Below, in pieces: positions 49,992 through 58,736 of a stretch of DNA of 64,000 bases. Each line of letters opens with the position of its first letter. Within the stretch, counting starts at the first letter, position 1. Position numbers and translations under genes: made by a program. The stretch comes from Candidatus Longimicrobiales bacterium M2_2A_002 (lineage in GTDB: Bacteria > Gemmatimonadota > Gemmatimonadetes > Longimicrobiales > RSA9): contig JBPRGE010000149.1 of the NCBI GenBank assembly GCA_051418035.1, positions 14,509 to 78,508 of the forward strand, read 5' to 3'. Under the pieces are notes generated by a model. The model made no database searches. It had not been told where the DNA came from and was given only the letters and a program-made list of their open reading frames with translations.

Positions 49992-50024
49992 GAAGGCCAC
50001 CGATTTCGGTGGCCTTCTCTCGTT
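49992..50024 (+). terminator. intrinsic terminator after the exbB-like gene
   Basis: Perfect 11-bp stem GAAGGCCACCG / CGGTGGCCTTC, loop ATTT, followed by TCTCGTT. Confidence 0.7.
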
Positions 50025-50148
50025 GGGCCATATACGGTCCCTGCTCCGATCCGGGACCGCCCGAGTCGGCACCGATGCGGGTGGTCCCGGGCTCCCGGCC
50101 GGCCTTCCGGGGGATGGTGCCACGGACCGAGAACCGCGATCGTTGATT

Positions 50149-52530
50149 ATGCGATACGCACTCGTCATGGGCCTGATCATCGTCTCCGCCGGGCTCCCGT
50201 CCTGGCTGGACCGCGGCGTTCGTACGGCCGGACCGGACGTGTGGGAGCGGGCGGCGGTGCCCGAGGCCGTGCGGGAGGCGGCGCGCCAGGGGCGGTACTG
50301 GCGGGCGACCCGTCTGCTGGACGAGCACCTGGCGGCGGCGGCGGACACGACGCCGGGGACGATCCTGCTCGCCGCCCGGCTCGACGCGGGGTGGGGCCAC
50401 TGGGCCGGTGTTCGCGAGCGGCTGGAGGGCCGGCCCTGGCTGGACGACGTGGAGGCCGGGAAGGGGTGGGAGCTGCTCGGCCGGGCCCGGATCGCGACGG
50501 GCGACGCGGGCGCCGGCGCCGATGCCCTGGCCCGATACCTGGCGCGGGCCGAGCCCGAGGCCGGGGTCGCGGGGCTCGCGGAGCTGCGTCGCGGGATCGC
50601 ACTGGGCCGGGCGGACGACCCCGATGCCGCCCTGGACGCGTTCGACCGGGCCGCGGATCACCTGCCCTGGTTCGCCGACTGGGCGAGCTACATGGCGGCG
50701 GAAGCGGCGGCCGACGCGGGCGACCTGACCGAAGTGAACCGTCGGCTGGCCGCGGCGGACAGCGTGGGCGGCGGGTACTGGCGGATCCGGGCCACGGCGG
50801 CGCTCGTCGCGGGCGACACCCTGGCGGCCCGGGAGGCCGCGCTGGCGGGCACGCGCGCGGGCTCCCGCACGGCGCGCTCGGAGGCGTGGGCGGACCTGGG
50901 CCGGCTCAGGCTGGCGGCTGGCGATACCGTCCGGGGCCGGGTCGCCCTGGTCCGCGCCATGGACGTACGGTCCTCCGCGGGCGCGGTGGATGCGGCCCGG
51001 CGCCTGTGGGAGCTGGGGCCTGCGCCGGCGGAGTGGCGGACCGTCGCATCGGTCTACCGCTGGCATGGGAACGCGAGCCGGGCGGCGGACGGTTATGCGG
51101 CGTACCTGGAGGCCGGTGCCGGGACCCCGGAGGAGCGCGCCCGCGTCCGCCTGGAGCTGGGGCGTGCCCGGTTCGACGCCGGCCGGTTCCGGCAGGCGGA
51201 GCGCGGACTGCTGGAGCTGGCCGGTGACGACGTGGATGACGATATCGCCGCGGAAGCGCTGTACACGGCCGCCCGGGCCCAGTACCGGCAGGGTCGGAGC
51301 GCGGACGGACGAGCCACCTTCCTCCGACTGGCCGATCGGTACCCCGACCGGGACGCCGTGACGCGGGGCCTGTTCCTGGTCGCCGACCTGAAGCACGACG
51401 ACCTGGAGATCGACGGCCCGGAAGGCGCCCGCCGGTACTACCGTCGGGCCGCGGACGCCGTCCCCGACCTGAACGAGGCGGGGCTCGCGATGATGCGACT
51501 GGCGGGACTCTCGTACCTGGAGGGCGACTACCGGTCGGCGGTCGACCTCTGGGAGGAGTACCTCGAGCGGCACCCGAACGGCCGGCGGGCGGCCCAGGCC
51601 ACGTACTGGACAGCCCGCGGCTACCGGGCGCTCGGCCGGGACTCCATCGCCCGGGCCCGGCTGGAGGACGTGCGGGCGCTCGACCCGCTCTCGTTCTACG
51701 GGATGCGCGCTGCCGAGCTGCTGGACCGTCCCATCCTCGACCTCCCGATGTCGACGGCCCCGGCGCGGGACGCGGTCACGGGTGCGCGCGTCCAGGCCGG
51801 GCTCCGGCGGGTCGACCTGCTGGCCGCGCTGGACCGGCGGGCCGACCTGGTGGAGGAGGTGGAGCGACTCCGTCGCCGGTTCCAGCGGGCGTCCGGCCCC
51901 GACGCCAGCGCCCGGGAGTACGCACTGGCGGAGGCGCTCAACGAGCGGGGATACACGCTGACCGGGATCGGGATGGGGTGGGATCTCCGCGAGGAGGTCG
52001 GGGAGTGGAACCCGCGGCTGCTCCGGATCGTCTACCCGTTCCCGTTCCGGACCCTGGTCGTGCCGGAGGCAGAGGACCGGGGGATCGACCCCTACCTGGT
52101 GGCCGGCCTGATCCGCCGGGAGTCGGCGTTCAGTCCGGTGGTGGTGAGCGGCGCCGGGGCGGTGGGGCTGATGCAGATCGTGCCGGCCACGGGTCGGGCG
52201 CTGGCCCGGGCATCCGGGCTGCGCTCGTTCGACCGGGAGCTGCTGACCCGGCCCGAGGTCAACATCCACCTGGGCACCCGGTTCCTGGCCGAGCTGCTGG
52301 ACCGTTTCGGCGAGTCGATGCCGCTGGTGCTGGCGGCGTACAACGCCGGGCCGACCCGGGCGGACAGCTGGCGGCAGCTGCCGGAGGCCGACGACCCGGA
52401 GCTGTTCACCGAGCGGGTCCCGTACGGCGAGACCCGGGAGTACATCCGCGCCGTGCTGGTCCACGAGGCCGTGTACCGGGCGCTCTATCCGGACCTCGGA
52501 GACGACGCGGTCCGCGATGACAGGGGCTGA
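50149..52530 (+). CDS. soluble-lytic-transglycosylase-like protein (helical-repeat N-domain + SLT domain)
   Basis: ATG 50149, downstream of the exbB terminator. Signal anchor. Long Ala/Arg-rich TPR-like region. C-terminal LIRRESAFSPVVVSGAGAVGLMQIVP...AYNAGP. Confidence 0.8.
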   Translation: MRYALVMGLIIVSAGLPSWLDRGVRTAGPDVWERAAVPEAVREAARQGRYWRATRLLDEHLAAAADTTPGTILLAARLDAGWGHWAGVRERLEGRPWLDDVEAGKGWELLGRARIATGDAGAGADALARYLARAEPEAGVAGLAELRRGIALGRADDPDAALDAFDRAADHLPWFADWASYMAAEAAADAGDLTEVNRRLAAADSVGGGYWRIRATAALVAGDTLAAREAALAGTRAGSRTARSEAWADLGRLRLAAGDTVRGRVALVRAMDVRSSAGAVDAARRLWELGPAPAEWRTVASVYRWHGNASRAADGYAAYLEAGAGTPEERARVRLELGRARFDAGRFRQAERGLLELAGDDVDDDIAAEALYTAARAQYRQGRSADGRATFLRLADRYPDRDAVTRGLFLVADLKHDDLEIDGPEGARRYYRRAADAVPDLNEAGLAMMRLAGLSYLEGDYRSAVDLWEEYLERHPNGRRAAQATYWTARGYRALGRDSIARARLEDVRALDPLSFYGMRAAELLDRPILDLPMSTAPARDAVTGARVQAGLRRVDLLAALDRRADLVEEVERLRRRFQRASGPDASAREYALAEALNERGYTLTGIGMGWDLREEVGEWNPRLLRIVYPFPFRTLVVPEAEDRGIDPYLVAGLIRRESAFSPVVVSGAGAVGLMQIVPATGRALARASGLRSFDRELLTRPEVNIHLGTRFLAELLDRFGESMPLVLAAYNAGPTRADSWRQLPEADDPELFTERVPYGETREYIRAVLVHEAVYRALYPDLGDDAVRDDRG

Positions 52531-53080
52531 CCGAGCGCGGAAAGCGATCCACGCCGGGCTCTCGCTCGCGGCGGCGACCGTCGTCCTGGTGCTCGAGCCC
52601 GTCCTCGCCGCCATCGTCCTCGCCACCGCCACCATGGCGGCGCTCGCCGTGGAGCTGGCCCGACGCCTGAGCCCGGCGGCGGTCGGGGCGTTCGACCGGC
52701 TCGAGGAGCTGCTCAAGCCCCGGGAAGCGACGGGGCTCACCGGCGCCACGCTGCTCTCGATCGGGTTCACGGCGGCCGCCGTGGTCTTTCCCGGCGACCC
52801 GGCGCTCGCCGGAATCCTGCTGGCGGGTCTCGCTGACCCGGCGGCGGCGCTGGTCGGCCGGCGGTACGGACGGGTGCGGTACCCCGGCGGGAAGAGTGCT
52901 GCAGGGAGCGTGGCGTTCCTCGTCGTCGCATTGGCGCTGGGACTCGCGCTGGGACTGGGCCCGGGCACCGCGATCCTGGTCGCGATGGCGCTCACGGCGG
53001 TGGAAGCGCTGACGCTCCCGATCGACGACAACCTGTACCTCCCCGTGGCCGGCGCCGCGCTCGTTATGATGGCCGTGTGA
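52517..53080 (+). CDS. CdsA-related CTP-transferase-1 family membrane protein (phytol/dolichol-kinase-like)
   Basis: 14-nt overlap with the previous gene. [31 protein letters not shown]. Polytopic. Confidence 0.6.
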   Translation: MTGADRARKAIHAGLSLAAATVVLVLEPVLAAIVLATATMAALAVELARRLSPAAVGAFDRLEELLKPREATGLTGATLLSIGFTAAAVVFPGDPALAGILLAGLADPAAALVGRRYGRVRYPGGKSAAGSVAFLVVALALGLALGLGPGTAILVAMALTAVEALTLPIDDNLYLPVAGAALVMMAV

Positions 53081-53119
53081 ACGGCGTCGGTCCCCGGTCC
53101 GGGCGGTGTGACAAATCCC

Positions 53120-53149
53120 TTGACGGCGCAGAAACCCGCTTTTTACCTT
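53120..53149 (+). promoter_or_regulatory. weak sigma-70-type promoter candidate for csp
   Basis: TTGACG (53120-53125), 18 nt spacer, TACCTT (53144-53149). This would give a 5' UTR of about 55 nt. The -10 element is poor. Confidence 0.25.
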
Positions 53150-53208
53150 GTCCGACGCTGGCGAAGTCGCAGTTCCGCAGATCCCCCCGGTATCAGGAGG
53201 ACAGGTTC

Positions 53209-53415
53209 ATGGCCAGAGGTAAGGTGAAGTGGTTCAATGACTCCAAGGGCTACGGGTTCATTGAGCAGTCGGACGGCGAGGACGTATTCGTTCATTTCTC
53301 CGCCATCACCATGGAAGGGTTCAAGACCCTCGCCGAAGGCGAAGAGGTCGACTTCGAGCTGAAGGAGACCGACAAGGGCCTCCAGGCCGCGAACGTGCAG
53401 CGGGGCACTGCCTGA
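53209..53415 (+). CDS. cold-shock protein (CspA family)
   Basis: ATG 53209 with AGGAGG upstream. RNP motifs KGYGFI and VFVHF; 68 aa. Confidence 0.9.
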   Translation: MARGKVKWFNDSKGYGFIEQSDGEDVFVHFSAITMEGFKTLAEGEEVDFELKETDKGLQAANVQRGTA

Positions 53416-53441
53416 CGAGCGGGATCCCCGACCCACGAGCC

Positions 53442-53482
53442 AGACGCCCCGCCACGGGACCCCGTGGCGGGGCGTCTTCGTT
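53442..53482 (+). terminator. intrinsic terminator after csp
   Basis: Perfect 17-bp inverted repeat AGACGCCCCGCCACGGG / CCCGTGGCGGGGCGTCT with a 2-nt spacer, followed by TCGTT. Confidence 0.8.
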
Positions 53483-53542
53483 GCATGGCACGACGGGTGC
53501 GCAATACAATCCCCACCGACGCTCCCCGAGCCGAACGAGTGA

Positions 53543-56293
53543 ATGGTCGAGCTGCCCGAGAAGACCCGTCCCCGCCTCTACCTGATCGATGGCTACGCCC
53601 TGATCTACCGGGCGTTCTTCGCCATGATCAGCCGCCCGCTGATGACGTCGAAGGGCGAGAACACGTCGGCGGCGTTCGGGATGACCCGGTTCCTGCTGAA
53701 GCTGCTGGACGAGTACGACCCGGACTACCTGGGCGTGGTGATGGACTCGGGCGACAGCCTCCGGACGGAGATCTACCCGGAGTACAAGGCCACCCGCGAG
53801 AAGATGCCGGACGAGCTGCGGGCCTCGCTGCCCCGGATCCGGGAGCTGCTGGAGGCGTTCCGGGTCCCGATCCTCGAGCTGGAGGACCACGAGGCCGATG
53901 ACGTCATCGGCACCATGGCCCGGCTGGCGTCGGGGGCCGGGGTCGAGACCGTGATCGTGAGCGGGGACAAGGACTTCTACCAGCTGATCGACGACGACAT
54001 CAAGCTGCTGAACCCCGGGCGGGGCGGCTCCTCGAACGTCGACGAGGAATGGGTCGGACCGGGGAACGCGTCGGAGCGGCTGGGCGTCCCGCCGGAGCAC
54101 GTGCGCGACTACCTGGCGCTCATCGGCGACAGCTCGGACAACATCCCCGGCGCCAAGGGGATCGGGCCGAAGACGGCCGTCAAGCTGATCGACCAGTACG
54201 GTGGTGTCGACGAGATCCTGGAGCACGCCGGGGAGGTGAGCGGGAAGCGGGCCCGGGAGGCGCTGCAGGAGTACCACGACGAGATCATCCTCTCGAAGAA
54301 GCTCGTCACGATCATGAAGGACCTCCCGGTGGAGCTCGACCTGGAGGCGCTCGAGGTGACGGGGCCGGACCGGGACCGGCTGAAGGAGCTGTTCGCCGCG
54401 TTGGAGTTCCACGGGCTGGTCCGGGAAATCGCGGCGCCGGAGCCGGAGACGGAGGAGCTGGAGTCCGACTACCGGGTGGTCGGGTCGGCCGACGGGGTGG
54501 CGGAGCTCGCCGCCCGCGTCCGGGACCGGGGCGCGGCGGCCGTGCACGTCATCGGGTCGGCGTCGGCGCCGCTCCGGGCGAGGCTGGTCGGGCTGGCCAT
54601 CGGGCTCGAGCGCGGACAGGCGGCGTACCTGCCGCTGGGCCATCGGCCCGCGGGCGAGCTCGACCTGGGCGGCCACGAGGGGATGAACCTGCCGGCGCTC
54701 GAGGACGAGGCGATGCAGTCGCTGGTCGAGGTCCTGGAGGACGCCGGGATCCCGAAGACCGGCCACGACCTCAAGTACGCGCTCCTGGTGCTCCGGGAGG
54801 CCGGCGTGGAGCTCCGGGGGCTCGACTTCGACATCATGATCGGATCGTACCTGCTGGAGCCCGGCCGGCGGGAGCACGAGCTCGACTCGCTGGCGCTCCA
54901 GCACCTGGGGCACAGCGCCATGACCCGGGAGGACCTCTGCGGCAAGGGCCGGAGCGTGACCCCGGTGGCCGAGGTCGCGCTGGACCGCGTGCGGGACTAC
55001 GCGTGCGAGAAGGCCGACCTGGTGCTGCGGATCCGCGAGCAGCTCGAGCCGCGGCTCGAGGAGTACCAGCTGGACGAGCTCTACCGCGATATCGAGAAGC
55101 CGCTGATCCCGGTCCTCGCCGACATGGAGACCGCCGGGATCGGGATCGATGTCGACTTCTTCCGGGGCGTGTCCGAGAAGCTGGAGAAGGAGCTCGGACT
55201 CATCGAGGAGGACATCTACAAGGAGGCGGGCGAGGAGTTCAACATCAACTCCACGCACCAGCTCCGGGAGATCCTCTTCGAGAAGATGGAGCTCCCGGTC
55301 ATCAAGAAGACGAAGACCGGGCCGTCCACCGACGCATCGGTCCTGGAGGAGCTCGCGGAGCAGGGGCACCGGATCCCGACGCTCATCCTCGAGTACCGGC
55401 AGCTCGACAAGCTGAAGAGCACCTACGTCGACGCGCTCCCGGCACTGGTGAGCCCGGAGACCGGCCGGATCCACTCGAGCTTCAACCAGGCCGTGGCCGC
55501 CACGGGCCGACTCAGCTCCAGCGACCCGAACCTGCAGAACATCCCGATCCGGACGGAGCTGGGCGCCGAGCTCCGGAAGGGGTTCGTCCCCGCCGACGGG
55601 ATGCGGTTCATCTCGGCCGACTACTCCCAGATCGAGCTCCGGGTACTGGCCCACCTGTCGGGCGACGAGACCTTCACCCGGGCGTTCCGCTCCGACGCCG
55701 ACATCCACCGGGAGACCGCCGCGCTCGTCTTCGATGTCGAGGTGGACGACGTCACGGCCGATATGCGGGCGGCGGCCAAGACCATCAACTTCGCCACCAT
55801 CTACGGGATCGGGCCGTACGCGCTCTCGAAGCAGCTGGGGACCAGCGTCCAGGAGGCGAAGACGTTCATCGAGAACTACTTCGAGCGGCTCCCGGATGTG
55901 CGCGCGTACCTCGACCGGCAGATCGAGCGGGCGTACGAGGAGGGGTACGTCGAGACGCTATCCGGGCGACGCCGCTACATCCCCGAGGTCAAGAGCAGGA
56001 ACTACAACGTCCGGCAGTTCGGTGAGCGGGCGGCGACGAACGCGCCCGTCCAGGGCAGCGCGGCCGACATCATCAAGATCGCCATGATCCATATCCATGA
56101 CGAGCTCGTCGGCCGGGACGATGGCACCCGCATGCTCCTCCAGGTCCACGACGAGCTGCTCTTCGAAGTGCCGGAGCCGGCCGTGGACGAAGTGACCGCG
56201 CTCATCACCGATCGGATGGAGGGCGCGTTCGAGCTGGACGTACCGCTCCGCGTGGAGGTCGGGACCGGCACGAGCTGGTACCAGTGTAAATAG
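53543..56293 (+). CDS. polA: DNA polymerase I
   Basis: 916 aa. 5'-nuclease N-terminus (YLIDGYALIYRAFFA). Polymerase motifs DYSQIELRVLAH and QVHDELLFE. Confidence 0.95.
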   Translation: MVELPEKTRPRLYLIDGYALIYRAFFAMISRPLMTSKGENTSAAFGMTRFLLKLLDEYDPDYLGVVMDSGDSLRTEIYPEYKATREKMPDELRASLPRIRELLEAFRVPILELEDHEADDVIGTMARLASGAGVETVIVSGDKDFYQLIDDDIKLLNPGRGGSSNVDEEWVGPGNASERLGVPPEHVRDYLALIGDSSDNIPGAKGIGPKTAVKLIDQYGGVDEILEHAGEVSGKRAREALQEYHDEIILSKKLVTIMKDLPVELDLEALEVTGPDRDRLKELFAALEFHGLVREIAAPEPETEELESDYRVVGSADGVAELAARVRDRGAAAVHVIGSASAPLRARLVGLAIGLERGQAAYLPLGHRPAGELDLGGHEGMNLPALEDEAMQSLVEVLEDAGIPKTGHDLKYALLVLREAGVELRGLDFDIMIGSYLLEPGRREHELDSLALQHLGHSAMTREDLCGKGRSVTPVAEVALDRVRDYACEKADLVLRIREQLEPRLEEYQLDELYRDIEKPLIPVLADMETAGIGIDVDFFRGVSEKLEKELGLIEEDIYKEAGEEFNINSTHQLREILFEKMELPVIKKTKTGPSTDASVLEELAEQGHRIPTLILEYRQLDKLKSTYVDALPALVSPETGRIHSSFNQAVAATGRLSSSDPNLQNIPIRTELGAELRKGFVPADGMRFISADYSQIELRVLAHLSGDETFTRAFRSDADIHRETAALVFDVEVDDVTADMRAAAKTINFATIYGIGPYALSKQLGTSVQEAKTFIENYFERLPDVRAYLDRQIERAYEEGYVETLSGRRRYIPEVKSRNYNVRQFGERAATNAPVQGSAADIIKIAMIHIHDELVGRDDGTRMLLQVHDELLFEVPEPAVDEVTALITDRMEGAFELDVPLRVEVGTGTSWYQCK

Positions 56294-56365
56294 GCGACGG
56301 CGGGGTGGGGCCGGCTTCCTGTCGCGTCGGATGACTTCGCGGCAGGGCCGGGTTCGAACTGCGAT

Positions 56366-56510
56366 TCACGCGAAGACGCGAATCCACTTTTTCGTGGGCG
56401 TTTCAACGTTCATTGGGGAACCAAACCCCAAAGACCGGACGGGGAGTTCGGGTAACGCGAGGGACTCCGAATCCATCCGATGCCTTCGCTGACCTAGCGT
56501 CTTCGCGTGA
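56366..56510. repeat. 145-bp element bounded by a perfect 14-bp inverted repeat
   Basis: TCACGCGAAGACGC (56366-56379) and its exact reverse complement GCGTCTTCGCGTGA (56497-56510), in the 375-bp polA-ssb spacer. The interior is AT-richer than the surroundings. Confidence 0.5.
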
Positions 56511-56668
56511 GTGCGGTCCGACGGTTGCCCGACCACGACCCCGAGCGCCGGGCAACGCACGCGGCTATGCCAGATCGTCCGGATGCGCTATTCGTCTGCC
56601 CCAACCCATGCGGTATCCCTGTGAGTGACGGGCCCCGACCGGCGGGGCCCCAACCACAGGAGGTGCAC

Positions 56669-57058
56669 ATGGCACGAGCGGTGAACAAGGTCATCCTGGT
56701 CGGGAACGTGGGGCGGGACCCCGAGGTCCAGACCACGTCCAACGGGCAGAAGGTCGCCCACTTCTCGCTGGCCACCAACCGCCGGATCCCGAGGGAGAAC
56801 GGCTTCGAGGAGCGGACGGAGTGGCACCGGCTCACCGTCTGGGGCCGGCTGGCCGAGATCGCCGAGGAGTACGTGCGGAAGGGCGACCGGCTCTATGTCG
56901 AAGGGCGGATGCAGTACGACTCGTACGAGCGCGACGGTGTGACGATCCCCACCGCCGAGGTCAACGTGCGGGAGCTGGTGATGCTGGGCTCGGCGTCCGG
57001 GCGGGTCGTGAACGGCGCCGACGTCGAAGCCGTCGAGGAGGAAGCGGTCGAAGCCTGA
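56669..57058 (+). CDS. ssb: single-stranded DNA-binding protein (short, atypical C-terminus)
   Basis: ATG 56669 with AGGAGG upstream. OB-fold pattern NKVILVGNVGRDPEV...TEWHRLTVWGRLAEIAEEY..KGDRLYVEGR. Ends ...VEEEAVEA. Confidence 0.85.
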   Translation: MARAVNKVILVGNVGRDPEVQTTSNGQKVAHFSLATNRRIPRENGFEERTEWHRLTVWGRLAEIAEEYVRKGDRLYVEGRMQYDSYERDGVTIPTAEVNVRELVMLGSASGRVVNGADVEAVEEEAVEA

Positions 57059-57150
57059 CCCGGATTCCCGGGTCGGTGGTCCGGCACGCAGAGGTCACGG
57101 TGAGGGCGCCGGCTCGGCCCCGTGCCGCGCGCAGTCGTGCAGGCAGAGAA

Positions 57151-57183
57151 AGAGCCCCCCGGGATTCGCTCCCGGAGGGCTCT
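57151..57183 (-). terminator. candidate terminator for rpoD
   Basis: AGAGCCC-C-CCGGG / CCCGG-A-GGGCTCT hairpin (12 bp plus one mismatch). The minus-strand reading is followed by TTCTCT. It lies 60 nt beyond the rpoD stop. Confidence 0.45.
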
Positions 57184-57242
57184 GCGCCCAGTGCGCTGTG
57201 GCGGGGCGGGCCGGGGCCGGCTCCGCCCCGCGGCGCCGGACT

Positions 57243-58103
57243 CTACTCGGCCGCCCAGAACGTGCTCAGTGCCTCGCCGTCCGCGCTCTCCCGCAGCTTC
57301 TCGAACGCCCGGTTCCGGATCTGACGGATCCGCTCGCGGGTCACGCCGAGCAGCGAGCCGATCTCCTCCAGCGTGCGCTCCTCGCCGTCATCGAGGCCGT
57401 AGTAGAGGTAGAGGATCTTCCGCTCCCGCTCCGTCAGGTACTTCTCGAACATGCGGTCCAGGAACTCGCGACGGGCCTGGCTCTCCACGCTCTCCTCGAT
57501 GTCGTCGCTCTCGGCGCCCGCGAACCGCTCGCCGAACGACGCGCTGTCCCGGTCGCCCCGGTCGATGGGCGCATCGAGGGAGAGCTCGGAGGCCGCCACA
57601 CGGCGCAGCGCGCGCACCGTTTCGATGGGCTCCTCCATGTGCTCGGCGATCTCCTGGTCCGTCGGCGAACGGCCCAGGAGCTGGGTCAGCGCCGTCTCCG
57701 TACGGGAGAGCTTCACCAGATTCGAGTTCTGGTTCAGCGGGATCCGGACCGAGCGGGTCTGCTCGGCCAGCGCCTGCAGCACCGTCTGGCGGATCCACCA
57801 CACGGCGTACGAGATGAACTTCACGCCCTTCTCGGGATCGAACTTCTTCACGGCCTTCAGCAGGCCCTCGTTCCCGATACAGACCAGCTCCGCGAGCCCG
57901 AGGCCACGGCCCTGGTACTTCTTCACGTACGATATGACGAACCGGAGATTGGCCGTCACCAGTCGCTCCGCCGCCTCCTTGTCGCCCTCCCGGGCCCGGG
58001 CGGCCAGCTCGCGCTCCTCCATCGGGTCTTCGATTAAGGGGTACTTCTCTACGTCGAACAGGTACTGATCGAAGGAATCCGTCGCGCGCGAGTTAACGAA
58101 CAT
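57243..58103 (-). CDS. rpoD: RNA polymerase sigma-70 family factor, RpoD/SigA-like short form (286 aa)
   Basis: Regions 2-4 are present (LVTANLRFVISYVKKY, ISYAVWWIRQ, TLEEIGSLLGVTRERIRQIRNRA). There is no long region 1.1 or non-conserved insert. Confidence 0.85.
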   Translation of the reverse strand: MFVNSRATDSFDQYLFDVEKYPLIEDPMEERELAARAREGDKEAAERLVTANLRFVISYVKKYQGRGLGLAELVCIGNEGLLKAVKKFDPEKGVKFISYAVWWIRQTVLQALAEQTRSVRIPLNQNSNLVKLSRTETALTQLLGRSPTDQEIAEHMEEPIETVRALRRVAASELSLDAPIDRGDRDSASFGERFAGAESDDIEESVESQARREFLDRMFEKYLTERERKILYLYYGLDDGEERTLEEIGSLLGVTRERIRQIRNRAFEKLRESADGEALSTFWAAE

Positions 58104-58266
58104 GGAGCGTTGCCCTCTCGTCAGAGACTAAAAAGCAGCGAGCACCGTCGGCGATGGACGCTCGCTGCGTAGTCGGTTGGAATCCGCTGTGTGGACTGCA
58201 GACAAACCATCCGCACCCGGAAAGCCGTTGAAGGAAGTCGGCCCGAAGAACACGCCAATATATACG

Positions 58267-58295
58267 AAACGAAAAAATGTGTAAACCCTCCTGTG
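58267..58295 (-). promoter_or_regulatory. sigma-70-type promoter candidate for rpoD
   Basis: Minus strand TTTACA (58295-58290), 17 nt spacer, TATATT (58272-58267). Each hexamer is 5/6. It sits in the AT-richest stretch of the window, about 160 nt upstream of the ATG. Confidence 0.45.
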
Positions 58296-58397
58296 CCGGT
58301 CTGCGTCGCGTCCCCCCGGGCCGTCCGGCGGTCGGCAGCGCGCCGTGCCCGCGATAAACATATGTATTCGACGGGCGGGCCGGCGGCGCCGGATGGG

Positions 58398-58736
58398 CTA
58401 ACGGGATCGGAGCTCATCGAGGGTGGCGACGGCGCGGCGGAGGTGCGGGATGACAATGGACCCGCCGACCACGAGCCCGACGGAGAAGGTCTCGAAGAGC
58501 TCGTCATCGGAGACGCCCTCCTCGACGCAGCGTGTGAGGTGGTAGGTGATGCAGTCATCGCAGCGGAGCACGAGCGAGGCGACGAGTCCCATGAGCTCCT
58601 TGGTCCGGGTGTCGAGGGCGCCGTCGTCGTAGGCACGGGTATCGAGGGCGAAGAAGCGCTTGATCTCGAGGTTGCCGGCTTCGAGGATGCGGTCGTTCAT
58701 ACGCTCGCGGAACTCGCGGAACTCCTGGACACTCAT
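58398..58736 (-). CDS. carboxymuconolactone decarboxylase / AhpD-like family protein
   Basis: ATG 58736 overlaps the previous stop (ATGA). CxxC core LRCDDCITYHL; 112 aa. Confidence 0.75.
   Translation of the reverse strand: MSVQEFREFRERMNDRILEAGNLEIKRFFALDTRAYDDGALDTRTKELMGLVASLVLRCDDCITYHLTRCVEEGVSDDELFETFSVGLVVGGSIVIPHLRRAVATLDELRSR

Noticed and set aside
56341-56395. A tRNA or tmRNA fragment, suggested by GGTTCGAA at 56351-56358.
   Set aside because: The flanking bases do not form a T-stem (GGCCG versus CTGCG). No acceptor or anticodon arms can be drawn. It is probably a coincidence.
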